Below, piece after piece: positions 17,025 to 24,479 of a stretch of DNA of 32,000 nt. Below the pieces are notes generated by a model, which did no database searches, had not been told where the DNA came from, and saw nothing but the letters and a program-made list of their open reading frames with translations. Made by a program: the position numbers and the translations under genes. The stretch is from an uncultured Erysipelotrichaceae bacterium (GTDB taxonomy: Bacteria > Bacillota_I > Bacilli_A > Erysipelotrichales > Erysipelotrichaceae), in NCBI GenBank assembly GCA_942493105.1, contig OW818668.1, positions 1,650,001 to 1,682,000 of the forward strand. The letters are read 5' to 3'. The stretch's first letter is position 1; every line of letters starts with the position of its first letter.

Positions 17025-17052
17025 TTCACAGGTTAAGGAAATTTGCTATAAT
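17025..17052 (+). promoter_or_regulatory. Putative plsY promoter
   Basis: TTCACA (17025-17030), 16-nt spacer, TGcTATAAT (-10 at 17047-17052). SD AAGAAGAGG follows and the ATG is at 17076. Confidence 0.5.
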
Positions 17053-17075
17053 AAAGCCGAAAGAAGAGGCTATCT

Positions 17076-17711
17076 ATGAATACAACACTGATCCTAACTC
17101 TGATTTTTGTTTATTTGATCGCATATCTCTTTGGTTCTATCCCCTTCGCTTTGATCGTGGGAAAAGTCTTCTACAAAACAGATATTCGTAATTTTGGATC
17201 AGGTAATTTAGGCGGAACCAATGCTGGACGTGTCTTGGGCAAAGTCGCCGGTGTTACTGTAGCATTCCTGGATTTATTCAAAGCTTTCTTAGTGATGTGG
17301 GTCGCAATTAATATCTTGCCTGAATACCCTGGTTATGTTGCTTTTGCGGGAGTATTTGCTGCGATTGGCCATTGTTATCCGATCTTTGCACAATTCAGAG
17401 GCGGTAAAGCTGTATCCACTGCCTTTGGTTATCTATTGGGTGTTTCTGTTTTCTTGGTCAATCAGAATTTGATTTGGGTCTTATTTTTCTTGCCGATCGT
17501 TATCGGGTTAACCACCCTTAAAATCACCAAGTATGTTTCTTTCTCTGCAATGTTATCTGTATCATTCACAGTCATCCTGTCCTTCTTTGTTCAAAAAGAC
17601 TTAACCATTAGTATAGCATTGGTCATTATTGATATCTTATTGATATATCGTCATCGTTCAAACATTCAACGATTAAAAGATGGAACTGAACGAAAAGTAA
17701 CTTGGATATAA
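17076..17711 (+). CDS. plsY: Glycerol-3-phosphate acyltransferase PlsY
   Basis: 211 aa polytopic protein. FGSGNLGGTNAGR and HCYPIFAQFRGGKAV motifs. Confidence 0.95.
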   Translation: MNTTLILTLIFVYLIAYLFGSIPFALIVGKVFYKTDIRNFGSGNLGGTNAGRVLGKVAGVTVAFLDLFKAFLVMWVAINILPEYPGYVAFAGVFAAIGHCYPIFAQFRGGKAVSTAFGYLLGVSVFLVNQNLIWVLFFLPIVIGLTTLKITKYVSFSAMLSVSFTVILSFFVQKDLTISIALVIIDILLIYRHRSNIQRLKDGTERKVTWI

Positions 17712-17734
17712 AAAAAGATCTTTCGATCTTTTTT
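17711..17734. terminator. Bidirectional terminator between convergent plsY and yneF
   Basis: AAAAAAGATC (17711-17720), TTTC loop, GATCTTTTTT (17725-17734). The stem is A/T-rich with a GATC core. Confidence 0.55.
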
Positions 17735-17951
17735 ATTTGTATTGGTCCATCGACTTCATAATCTGTTTGATTTGGCTTTCGGATGGTTTTCTACCCATCT
17801 GCATATACATAGCCCTAATCATTTTTTCATTGATCGGTGGGTTGTCTTTTAGCTGTTTGATGAATGTTTTGCGCGTAAAGTAAAAACCGAGACCGCCACC
17901 AATCGCTAAGCCTAATACAAAGTAAAGTATAGAAGCAATTAAATCTGTCAT
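17733..17951 (-). CDS. yneF: UPF0154 family small membrane protein YneF
   Basis: MTDLIASILYFVLGLAIGGGLGFYFTRKTFIKQLKDNPPINEKMIRAMYMQMGRKPSESQIKQIMKSM closely follows the YneF pattern (NPPINE..M.MQMG.KPS). I prefer ATG 17951, preceded by GGTGA, over the GTG at 17960 used by the track. Confidence 0.85.
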   Translation of the reverse strand: MTDLIASILYFVLGLAIGGGLGFYFTRKTFIKQLKDNPPINEKMIRAMYMQMGRKPSESQIKQIMKSMDQYK

Positions 17952-17972
17952 TAATATCACCGTCCTGCGATT

Positions 17973-18001
17973 ATTTTACCTTGAAACGTAAGATAATACA
18001 A
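17973..18001 (-). promoter_or_regulatory. Putative yneF promoter
   Basis: Minus strand reads TTGTAT (18001-17996), 17-nt spacer, TAAAAT (17978-17973). Confidence 0.4.
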
Positions 18002-18008
18002 GACAAAC

Positions 18009-18038
18009 AAAAAGAAAGCGCGACACTGCTTTCTTTTT
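18009..18038 (-). terminator. Intrinsic terminator ending the ABC-regulator operon (symmetric, could act in both directions)
   Basis: AAAAAGAAAGC (18009-18019), 8-nt loop, GCTTTCTTTTT (18028-18038). Confidence 0.75.
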
Positions 18039-18131
18039 GCAAACACGTTTGAAACGACTCAGAAGCATCATATCAGCACAGGATGATGCAGCTTGGTTTT
18101 CACCTCGTTTCACAAAATATTCTAGCTGAAA

Positions 18132-19235
18132 TTATGACAAATGATCAGCATTGACATATAGTTGAAAAACACTTGATAAAGCAGAGTTTTGTTGATTATT
18201 TTCAAGATGCAGTTCAAGAAGCCTTATCAATGGTTTATAACTTCTTTGAGACTGGCATAAAATCAAAGCATTTTGACTGATGATCTTTGTAATCGGTTTG
18301 GGGTACGGCTCATGAGTCAACAATTCAATCAAGTGATCTGAAAGATACTTTATCTTTTCACTTGAACTCATATGTATATAAGTATGAAGTGCATGAAATA
18401 GTTTACTATGCCCTTTTATTGTAAAACTGTTGTGTTGAACAATTTCTAGACAATGAGTCATCTCAGATAAAATGTTTGGGGAAACTAAACATTGTTCTTT
18501 TTGCCCCATAATGATATTCAGTTCTTGCATTGCCCATGATGAATCATGAAATCTATTGAAATGTGGGCTCGTTTTGATAATAGAGGATCCATTCTCTTTA
18601 TTCAACCTAAGATGATGAATCTTTAAATGGGAAAATAGTTTAGTCTTTTCATGTCTAACTTTAAGATTCCAAAAGTCAGGATGAGTGTGTTTTAACCAAA
18701 AGCCACTTTCAGTAATCCATTCTTGAAGATAAGGATCTACAGCATCATAGATTTCTAGTAAATTTTCATATTCTATCCGATCAGGGCGTTTTAATAGAAC
18801 TAATTTTGACATGAACTTAAAAGCTTGATGGTCAAGTTTTAAGAGCACATCATCTTGATTTTCTAGATAAAACTTGTCACATGACATCAATAAATCTGTC
18901 AGTTTACAAACGGGAGAATACGCAAAAGCAAGAGTAATACTTTTTAAGCGAAACTTCTCGATTTTATAAGTTGATTCTTTAATTCGATATTGGATCTCCA
19001 ACTTCTTTAAAAAATACTCAATAAGGTCATAATTGTGCTGATGTTTGCCATTCTCTAGCCTTGATAGTGTTGCTAATGAACAGACATTTGAGTCTAGAGA
19101 TACACCTTCAAAAGGATGCTTTATTTCGGTTTTGATAAATTGAGTTTGTTTGAAATTTGAAATGCCCTGTTTAACTTTTCGCTTACGATATATCCCAATA
19201 ATGATCCCTAAGCGTCTTTCAATGTTTCTGGTCAT
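18132..19235 (-). CDS. Atypical XRE-family HTH regulator with a long all-helical C-terminal domain (RRNPP/Rgg-PlcR-like architecture), His-rich
   Basis: 367 aa. The N-terminus has an Rgg-style recognition helix (VCSLATLSRLENGKHQHNYDLIEYFLKKLEI) preceded by an unusually long insertion. The remaining ~280 aa look helical-repeat-like. I counted 22 His in 367 residues. The ATG directly abuts the ABC stop (TAGATG, 19238-19233). Family assignment is by pattern only. Confidence 0.5.
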   Translation of the reverse strand: MTRNIERRLGIIIGIYRKRKVKQGISNFKQTQFIKTEIKHPFEGVSLDSNVCSLATLSRLENGKHQHNYDLIEYFLKKLEIQYRIKESTYKIEKFRLKSITLAFAYSPVCKLTDLLMSCDKFYLENQDDVLLKLDHQAFKFMSKLVLLKRPDRIEYENLLEIYDAVDPYLQEWITESGFWLKHTHPDFWNLKVRHEKTKLFSHLKIHHLRLNKENGSSIIKTSPHFNRFHDSSWAMQELNIIMGQKEQCLVSPNILSEMTHCLEIVQHNSFTIKGHSKLFHALHTYIHMSSSEKIKYLSDHLIELLTHEPYPKPITKIISQNALILCQSQRSYKPLIRLLELHLENNQQNSALSSVFQLYVNADHLS

Positions 19236-20954
19236 CTAGATTTCTTTTTCACTATTGACAAGACGATGATACAGTCCATGTTTATGAAGTAAATCATTAT
19301 GAGTTCCCTCTTCCATAATGCCTTTGTCCGTTAATACATATATCCAATCTGCATCTTTTATGGTACTTAATCGATGGGCAACAACCAAGGTCGTTCTGTC
19401 TTTTGCCAATTCATCAAGTGTGATTTGGATCTGACGTTCAGTCGTGTTATCTAAAGCACTGGTTGCTTCATCTAACAGTAAAATCTTTGGATTCTTAAGA
19501 AACATGCGTGCCAAAGATAAACGTTGACGTTGACCACCTGATAACTTGACTCCTCGTTCACCGATTGTTGTATTAAGACCATCAGGAAGATCTTTGATAA
19601 AGTCCCAAGCTTCAGCTCGTTTTGCGGCCATAATGACTTCTTCTTCAGTGGCATCCGCTTTTCCATAAAGGATATTTTCGCCAACTGTTCCTGCAAAGAT
19701 AAACACTTCTTGTTGGACAATGCCCACATGATGTCGCAGACTCTTGATTTGAATGTTTCGTATATCGATTTCATCAATGGTAATAGAACCCTGGGTAATT
19801 TCATAGAAACGCGGGATCAAATTACATAACGTAGATTTTCCACTGCCACTAGGTCCTACAAAGGCAACCTTAGATCCTGCTTTGACTTTAAAGGAAACAT
19901 GATTTAAAACATGCTTGCCTGATCGATCATCATATTCAAACGTAACATCATTAAAAGCAATATCACCTTTGATCTGATCAATCGCGATGGCACCTGAAAA
20001 ATCACTTTGCGGTTTAATATCCATGATGGCTAAGAATCGCTCAAAGCCAGCCATAGCTTGATTGTACATCATGATCAATGCAGATATCCGATTGATCGGT
20101 TGCTGAAACAACTGCACATACAGAATAAATTCGACCAATTGGCCAATCGTCATCAAATCCAAAATGACCAAGTAACCTCCAAATATCAAAACTGTAAAGG
20201 TAATCATCAATACAAAACCTTTGACGGTTACACCAAATTCAGCCATGATTTTTAATGCATATTTACGACTTGATGCGAAGTAAGAATTCCCTTTTGCGAA
20301 CTGTTCTTGTTCCTTTAGTTCAGCATTATAAGCCTTGACGACTCTAATGCCAGAGAAATTATCTTCAGCTTGAGCATTGATTTCAGACAATCTTTCACGC
20401 ATGGTTCTAAATGCTGTTCTGAATTTAAGGTTCTGTTTAACTCCAACATAAATCATTAGTGGAACTAAAATCGTCATCACAATCGCTAAATAAAGATTAC
20501 TTGTATACATCAAGATGAAACTACCGACCAAAAGAACCAAAGATATCAAGAAGTCTTCAGGACCATGATGGGCTAATTCAGCAATGTCATTAAGATCATT
20601 GACCAGTCTACTCATCAATTTACCGACTTTAACATTATCAAAATACGAAATAGGTAACTGTTGGATATGGGCAAACATGTCTTTACGCATATCATGCTCC
20701 ATTCCAACACCAACCACATGACCATAATACTCGACATAATAATGCAAGATCAAACGAATGACAAAAAATAAGATCAAAAGCATGCCCCAATAGAATAAAG
20801 GTTGCATGATTTTAAGTGGGATGATATTAGAAATCAAATGATTTGTAAAACGTGGAATAACTAAATCTAGCCCAGCAATCAGAATTGCACTGAGTACATC
20901 CATCGCAAACAACAATCGATAGGGTTTATAATACTTAATAAATCGTTTGATCAT
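19236..20954 (-). CDS. ABC exporter half-transporter (fused TMD-NBD, ABCB/MsbA-LmrA type)
   Basis: 572 aa. Six-helix exporter TMD, then Walker A GPSGSGKST, signature LSGGQRQR, Walker B ILLLDEATSALD and H-loop VAHRL. No N-terminal C39 peptidase domain. SD GAGG at 20964-20961. Confidence 0.9.
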   Translation of the reverse strand: MIKRFIKYYKPYRLLFAMDVLSAILIAGLDLVIPRFTNHLISNIIPLKIMQPLFYWGMLLILFFVIRLILHYYVEYYGHVVGVGMEHDMRKDMFAHIQQLPISYFDNVKVGKLMSRLVNDLNDIAELAHHGPEDFLISLVLLVGSFILMYTSNLYLAIVMTILVPLMIYVGVKQNLKFRTAFRTMRERLSEINAQAEDNFSGIRVVKAYNAELKEQEQFAKGNSYFASSRKYALKIMAEFGVTVKGFVLMITFTVLIFGGYLVILDLMTIGQLVEFILYVQLFQQPINRISALIMMYNQAMAGFERFLAIMDIKPQSDFSGAIAIDQIKGDIAFNDVTFEYDDRSGKHVLNHVSFKVKAGSKVAFVGPSGSGKSTLCNLIPRFYEITQGSITIDEIDIRNIQIKSLRHHVGIVQQEVFIFAGTVGENILYGKADATEEEVIMAAKRAEAWDFIKDLPDGLNTTIGERGVKLSGGQRQRLSLARMFLKNPKILLLDEATSALDNTTERQIQITLDELAKDRTTLVVAHRLSTIKDADWIYVLTDKGIMEEGTHNDLLHKHGLYHRLVNSEKEI

Positions 20955-20968
20955 GTTTTACCTCATAT

Positions 20969-20990
20969 AAAAACCCGAGGAATCGGGTTT
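20969..20990 (-). terminator. Intrinsic terminator/attenuator immediately upstream of the ABC exporter RBS
   Basis: Minus strand reads AAACCCGA-UUCC-UCGGGUUU+UU. The U-tract ends 4-5 nt before the SD and 14 nt before the ATG. Confidence 0.75.
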
Positions 20991-21147
20991 AGAAAGTCCC
21001 AAAAGGTGTAATGTTTTCCCTGTTATATCAGGTGGGCAAACTGTGATGAACTTTTGGATTCTTAGTGACCTAAGCATTCACACCATCCACCAACTTCGGT
21101 TCTTCCCATATTACATCATGTCGGAAATAAATTGTTCCTTTTGGGTA
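20969..21147 (-). promoter_or_regulatory. Structured leader RNA of unknown class (candidate riboswitch/attenuator) for the ABC-regulator operon
   Basis: Nested helices found by hand. CCCAAAAGG (21145-21137) pairs with CCTTTTGGG (21006-20998). TGTAAT (21115-21110) pairs with ATTACA (21012-21007). GGTGG (21091-21087) pairs with CCACC (21035-21031). GGTGTGAA pairs imperfectly with TTCATCAC. The apical hairpin is CTTAG-GTCA-CTAAG (21074-21061). A terminator follows. Confidence 0.5.
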
Positions 21148-21152
21148 CTCTA

Positions 21153-21163
21153 ATTATATCATA
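21153..21163 (-). promoter_or_regulatory. Extended -10 promoter for the leader/ABC operon
   Basis: Minus strand reads TATGATATAAT (the TRTGnTATAAT consensus) starting on the base after the aspS stop codon. The -35 is poor: TTGACG with a 14-nt spacer or TTGCAT with a 20-nt spacer. Confidence 0.5.
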
Positions 21164-22903
21164 TTATTTAATCGTCAAATGCAATTCATCAAGCTGTTTT
21201 GTTTCAACAGGTGTTGGTGCATCTGTAAATGGACATCTTGCTGAAGCATTCTTAGGAAAAGCAATAACATCTCTAATTGAATCAGATTGTGTCAAAACCA
21301 TCGCAAATCGATCTAAACCAAACGCAATACCACCATGCGGTGGAGTCCCATATTGAAATGCATCAACGAAGTAACCAAAGCGAGATTCAACTTGTTCTTT
21401 TGTAAATCCAATGATTTCGAACATTGTTTTTTGGACTTCTTGATTATAGATTCGCATCGAACCTCCAGCAACTTCAAATCCATTGAGTACCAAGTCATAT
21501 GCACAGGCATGAACAGCTGCTGGATCAGTTTTTAGTAAATGCAGATCTTCATCTTTTGGACGTGTAAATGGATGATGTTTGGCTACATAACGATTTTCAA
21601 GCTCATCATGTTCAAATAATGGGAAATCTACGACCCATAAATACTTGAAGTCATCCTTCTTAGCGAGATTCAACTTGTCTCTTAATGCTAAACGGACTGC
21701 GCCTAAAGCATTACAGGCTTTTTCAAACTTATCAGCAGTTATGAGGATCAAATCACCATCTTTTAAATTTAACTCTTCGCATAACCCTTTAATTTCTGGT
21801 TCTGTCATGAACTTTACGACAGATCCTTCAAGTTGGTTGTTCTGAACCTTTAAGACGACCAAGCCTTTTGCGCCATTTTTCTTAGCAACTTCAGTTAGTT
21901 CATCTGTTTCTTTGCGAGTAAACTGTGAACCAGCATCTAAAACGAGTGCTTTGATGACACCATCTTTAAAAGACAGTGCTGTTTGGAAAACCGCAAAGGT
22001 ACTTGTTGTGAACAGTTTCGTAACATCTTGCAATTTCAGTCCGAAACGAAGGTCAGGTTTATCACTTCCATAATTATTCATTGCATCTGCATAACGCATG
22101 GTCAACAAAGGCAAATCAAGTTTTAAACCTAATACATTCTGCATGACCTTAGCAACCATGATTTCGATTTCAGCTCTAAATTCTTCTTCGCTTAAGAACG
22201 ATGCCTCTATATCAACTTGCGTAAAATCCAACTGACGATCAGCCCTTAGGTCTTCATCTCTAAAACAACGGGCAATTTGATAATATCGTTCAAATCCAGC
22301 AACCATCAGCATTTGTTTAAAAATCTGAGGAGATTGTGCCAATGCATAAAATTGTCCAGCATGAACACGTGATGGGACCAAATATTCACGTGATCCTTCA
22401 GGGGTCGATTTTGTCAGTAACGGGGTCTCAATATCAATAAATCCCGCATCATCCAAACAGTTTCTCATCGTTTGAACGATTTTAGCTCTTTGAATCAAGC
22501 GTTTCTGCATCACAGGTCTTCTTAAATCAAGATAACGATATTTCAATCGGGTGTCTTCTAAAGCATCTGTTTCATCCGCAATGATCATTGGGGTCAATTC
22601 AGCCGTATTGATGATGGTAACTTTGGTTGCTTTAACTTCTATCTCTCCAGTAGCTAATTTTGTATTGGCATCTTTGCGTAAAATCACTTCCCCGCTGACT
22701 TCCAATAAATATTCATTACGAACTTCTTTTACTAAATCTGTTAAAGCTTCATCGATTACAATTTGAGTTATCCCATTACGATCGCGTAAATCAATAAACA
22801 CCATCGATCCAAAATTGCGTCGTTTGGCAACCCAACCGATCAAATTAACATGCAGTCCGATATGCGATTTATTCAATTCATTATTGGTATGTGTTCTATT
22901 CAT
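21164..22903 (-). CDS. aspS: Aspartate--tRNA ligase
   Basis: Class II aaRS of the bacterial AspRS type: OB-fold N-terminus (HVNLIGWVAKRRNFGSMVFIDLRDRNG), FRDEDLRADRQ, an insertion domain, and GGIAFGLDR. I prefer ATG 22903 (MNRTHTNNEL...), preceded by AAGGAG, over the track start at 23017. It overlaps the hisS stop by 8 nt (ATGAATAG). Confidence 0.95.
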   Translation of the reverse strand: MNRTHTNNELNKSHIGLHVNLIGWVAKRRNFGSMVFIDLRDRNGITQIVIDEALTDLVKEVRNEYLLEVSGEVILRKDANTKLATGEIEVKATKVTIINTAELTPMIIADETDALEDTRLKYRYLDLRRPVMQKRLIQRAKIVQTMRNCLDDAGFIDIETPLLTKSTPEGSREYLVPSRVHAGQFYALAQSPQIFKQMLMVAGFERYYQIARCFRDEDLRADRQLDFTQVDIEASFLSEEEFRAEIEIMVAKVMQNVLGLKLDLPLLTMRYADAMNNYGSDKPDLRFGLKLQDVTKLFTTSTFAVFQTALSFKDGVIKALVLDAGSQFTRKETDELTEVAKKNGAKGLVVLKVQNNQLEGSVVKFMTEPEIKGLCEELNLKDGDLILITADKFEKACNALGAVRLALRDKLNLAKKDDFKYLWVVDFPLFEHDELENRYVAKHHPFTRPKDEDLHLLKTDPAAVHACAYDLVLNGFEVAGGSMRIYNQEVQKTMFEIIGFTKEQVESRFGYFVDAFQYGTPPHGGIAFGLDRFAMVLTQSDSIRDVIAFPKNASARCPFTDAPTPVETKQLDELHLTIK

Positions 22904-24218
22904 GAGTTTCTCCTTCGTGTTCACTTTCTTCATGATGGACATGGTTTTCGTCCAACCAATGGGCCAATTGATGAAGAATCTCACCTTCATCGACAGCACG
23001 TTGTTCCTGAGTGGCAATGTTTTTTAAGACTACCTGGCCTTTTTTCATTTCATCTTCGCCAATGATGATGACTACTTTTGCTTTTTTACGTTCAGCTGTT
23101 TTAAATTGAGCTTTAAATGATCGCTGATAATAGTCAAAGTGTGTCACAAAGCCGTTTAATCTTAAGAAATTTGATAACTGATACGCATAATCACTGGCTT
23201 CTTTTCCAATACTGACAATATAGACATCCGAGCTTTCCTCTTCACTCAAATCTATTTTTTCAGCTTCTAGGGCAACCAACAAACGTTCGATCCCCATCCC
23301 AAATCCAATGCCTGATAATTCAGGTCCGCCAAAATCCTTCACGAGATCATCATATCTTCCCCCGCCAAAGACGGTCGACTGTGAACCCATATCCGCATTG
23401 ACACTGACCACTTCAAATACGGTATGCGTATAATAATCCAAGCCTCTGACCAGTTTATCATTGACTTCAACTTCGATATCACTGGCTTTAAGAATCGCTA
23501 AGACAGAGTCAAAATAGGCTTTCGATTCATCATTGAGATAATCAATGAGTTTAGGTGCACTGATCATAGCAGGATCTTCATGATCGATCTTACAGTCCAA
23601 GATTCGTAGTGGATTCTGCTCATATCGACGTTGGCAATCCCCACAAAAATGAGTGATCGGTTCCTTAAAATGTTCTACCAATGCTTTTTTATAGGCTTCA
23701 CGACTGATTGAATCACCTAAGGTATTTATCAACACTTTAAGATCTTTCATCCCTAAGGTTTGAACCAAAGAGAGTCCCAAACTGATGACTTCCGCATCGA
23801 TCATCGGATTTTTATCCCCAATGACTTCAACTCCAAATTGATGATGGATCCTCATCCGTCCTTTTTGAGGACGTTCATATCTGAAACATGGGGAGAGATA
23901 AAAGAATTTATAAGGCATATCTGGATTTGAATACATTTTGTGTTCGACAAAACTGCGAATAATACCAGCTGTCCCTTCAGGTTTTAGAGTTAAAGATCGT
24001 TCACCGCGATCTAAGAAAGTATACATTTCCTTATTGACCACATCGCTTGAATCATTCTCGCGTTTAAAAACTTCGGTGTGTTCAAACTCAGGTGTCCTAA
24101 TTTCTTCGTAACCAAAAACATCACTTAATTGTCGAACTAATAGCTCTATTCTCTGCCATTTTCGAATCTCTGATCCGAATAAATCTTGTGTTCCTCTAGG
24201 AACCTGATAGTTTGCCAT
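22896..24218 (-). CDS. hisS: Histidine--tRNA ligase
   Basis: MANYQVPRGTQDL N-terminus, class II motifs (FRYERPQKGRMRIHHQFGVE, GGGRYD), and an anticodon-binding domain. ATG 24218 is preceded by AAGGAGG. The track start at 24248 lies inside the T-box terminator. Confidence 0.95.
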   Translation of the reverse strand: MANYQVPRGTQDLFGSEIRKWQRIELLVRQLSDVFGYEEIRTPEFEHTEVFKRENDSSDVVNKEMYTFLDRGERSLTLKPEGTAGIIRSFVEHKMYSNPDMPYKFFYLSPCFRYERPQKGRMRIHHQFGVEVIGDKNPMIDAEVISLGLSLVQTLGMKDLKVLINTLGDSISREAYKKALVEHFKEPITHFCGDCQRRYEQNPLRILDCKIDHEDPAMISAPKLIDYLNDESKAYFDSVLAILKASDIEVEVNDKLVRGLDYYTHTVFEVVSVNADMGSQSTVFGGGRYDDLVKDFGGPELSGIGFGMGIERLLVALEAEKIDLSEEESSDVYIVSIGKEASDYAYQLSNFLRLNGFVTHFDYYQRSFKAQFKTAERKKAKVVIIIGEDEMKKGQVVLKNIATQEQRAVDEGEILHQLAHWLDENHVHHEESEHEGETHE

Positions 24219-24233
24219 TTTGCCTCCTTGAAA

Positions 24234-24444
24234 CAAAAAAACGTCCACTAAGGACGTTTCTTAAACGCGGTACCACCTTAATTCACATTGCTGTGCACTC
24301 AACCGTTAACGCTGGACTGCGGTCTTCCCTACTTGATTCAGGAAAACTCCTTATGGGTGTCGTTCGACGATTTACGATGCGGACTTTTCACCAACCGTCC
24401 GTCTCTGAATCATGTAAATTGCCGATTTCCCAATCGTTGGAATT
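24234..24444 (-). promoter_or_regulatory. T-box riboswitch leader of the hisS-aspS operon (apparent specifier GAC, Asp)
   Basis: Minus strand contains GAAUUAAGGUGGUACCGCG (T-box sequence; core at 24279-24266). It is followed by the terminator AAACGUCC-UUAGU-GGACGUUU+UUUUU (24259-24234). Stem I carries an AGAGA bulge and a GGUUGGUGAAAA distal loop. The specifier loop ends ...GAAC-GAC-A-C (GAC = 24361-24359). An F-box-like GCGUUA is also present. Confidence 0.9.
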
Positions 24445-24450
24445 AATGAA

Positions 24451-24479
24451 AGTGTATCATAAGCAAAGCGACTCTTCAA
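24451..24479 (-). promoter_or_regulatory. Putative promoter of the T-box/hisS-aspS operon
   Basis: Minus strand reads TTGAAG (24479-24474), 17-nt spacer, TGaTACACT (-10 at 24456-24451). It begins 2 nt after the relA stop. Confidence 0.45.

Noticed and set aside
16738-17191. 113-aa and 120-aa plus-strand ORFs spanning the parE 5' end, the divergent promoter region and the plsY start
   Set aside because: They are antisense to a well-supported parE, out of frame with plsY, and have no SD or recognisable motifs. They are typical shadow ORFs.
17976-18071. 31-codon minus-strand ORF MMLLSRFKRVCKKKAVSRFLFVCLVLSYVSR downstream of the regulator (superficially like an SHP/PapR-style pro-peptide)
   Set aside because: It has no SD. 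It starts inside a hairpin stem and reads straight through the operon terminator and the yneF promoter, so its hydrophobic stretch is just the translated U-tract/terminator. It is kept only as a remote possibility under the 3'UTR finding.
19472-19804. 110-aa minus-strand ORF in an alternative frame inside the ABC transporter NBD region
   Set aside because: It is fully nested in a strongly supported CDS in another frame, with no SD and no motifs.
21007-21091. Partial resemblance of the ABC leader to a TPP riboswitch (ACCUGAU...AGGGAA, CUAAGA versus CUGAGA)
   Set aside because: The CUGAGA box is not intact and forms part of a simple hairpin. There is no P3/P3a arrangement and no GGAUAAUGCCAGCG-type pyrophosphate-sensor helix. 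The downstream gene is not thiamine-related. I also found no match to cobalamin, T-box, Mn, fluoride, c-di-AMP, purine, SAM-I or FMN motifs. All of this was by eye only.
22896-22952. His/Glu-rich C-terminal tail of HisRS (DENHVHHEESEHEGETHE) overlapping the aspS SD and start
   Set aside because: It is a compositional curiosity. It is partly constrained by encoding the aspS ribosome-binding site (AAGGAG), and nothing in the sequence alone suggests a function.
22904-23017. Long N-terminal extensions implied by the ORF track: aspS 23017, hisS 24248, dnaD 6418, methyltransferase 9519, recU 1672, yneF 17960, thioredoxin-fold gene 6942
   Set aside because: In each case a downstream ATG aligns with the expected protein N-terminus, and where one is present (aspS, hisS, dnaD, recU, yneF) it is preceded by a good SD. 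The extensions overlap upstream genes, terminators or promoters and encode non-homologous sequence.
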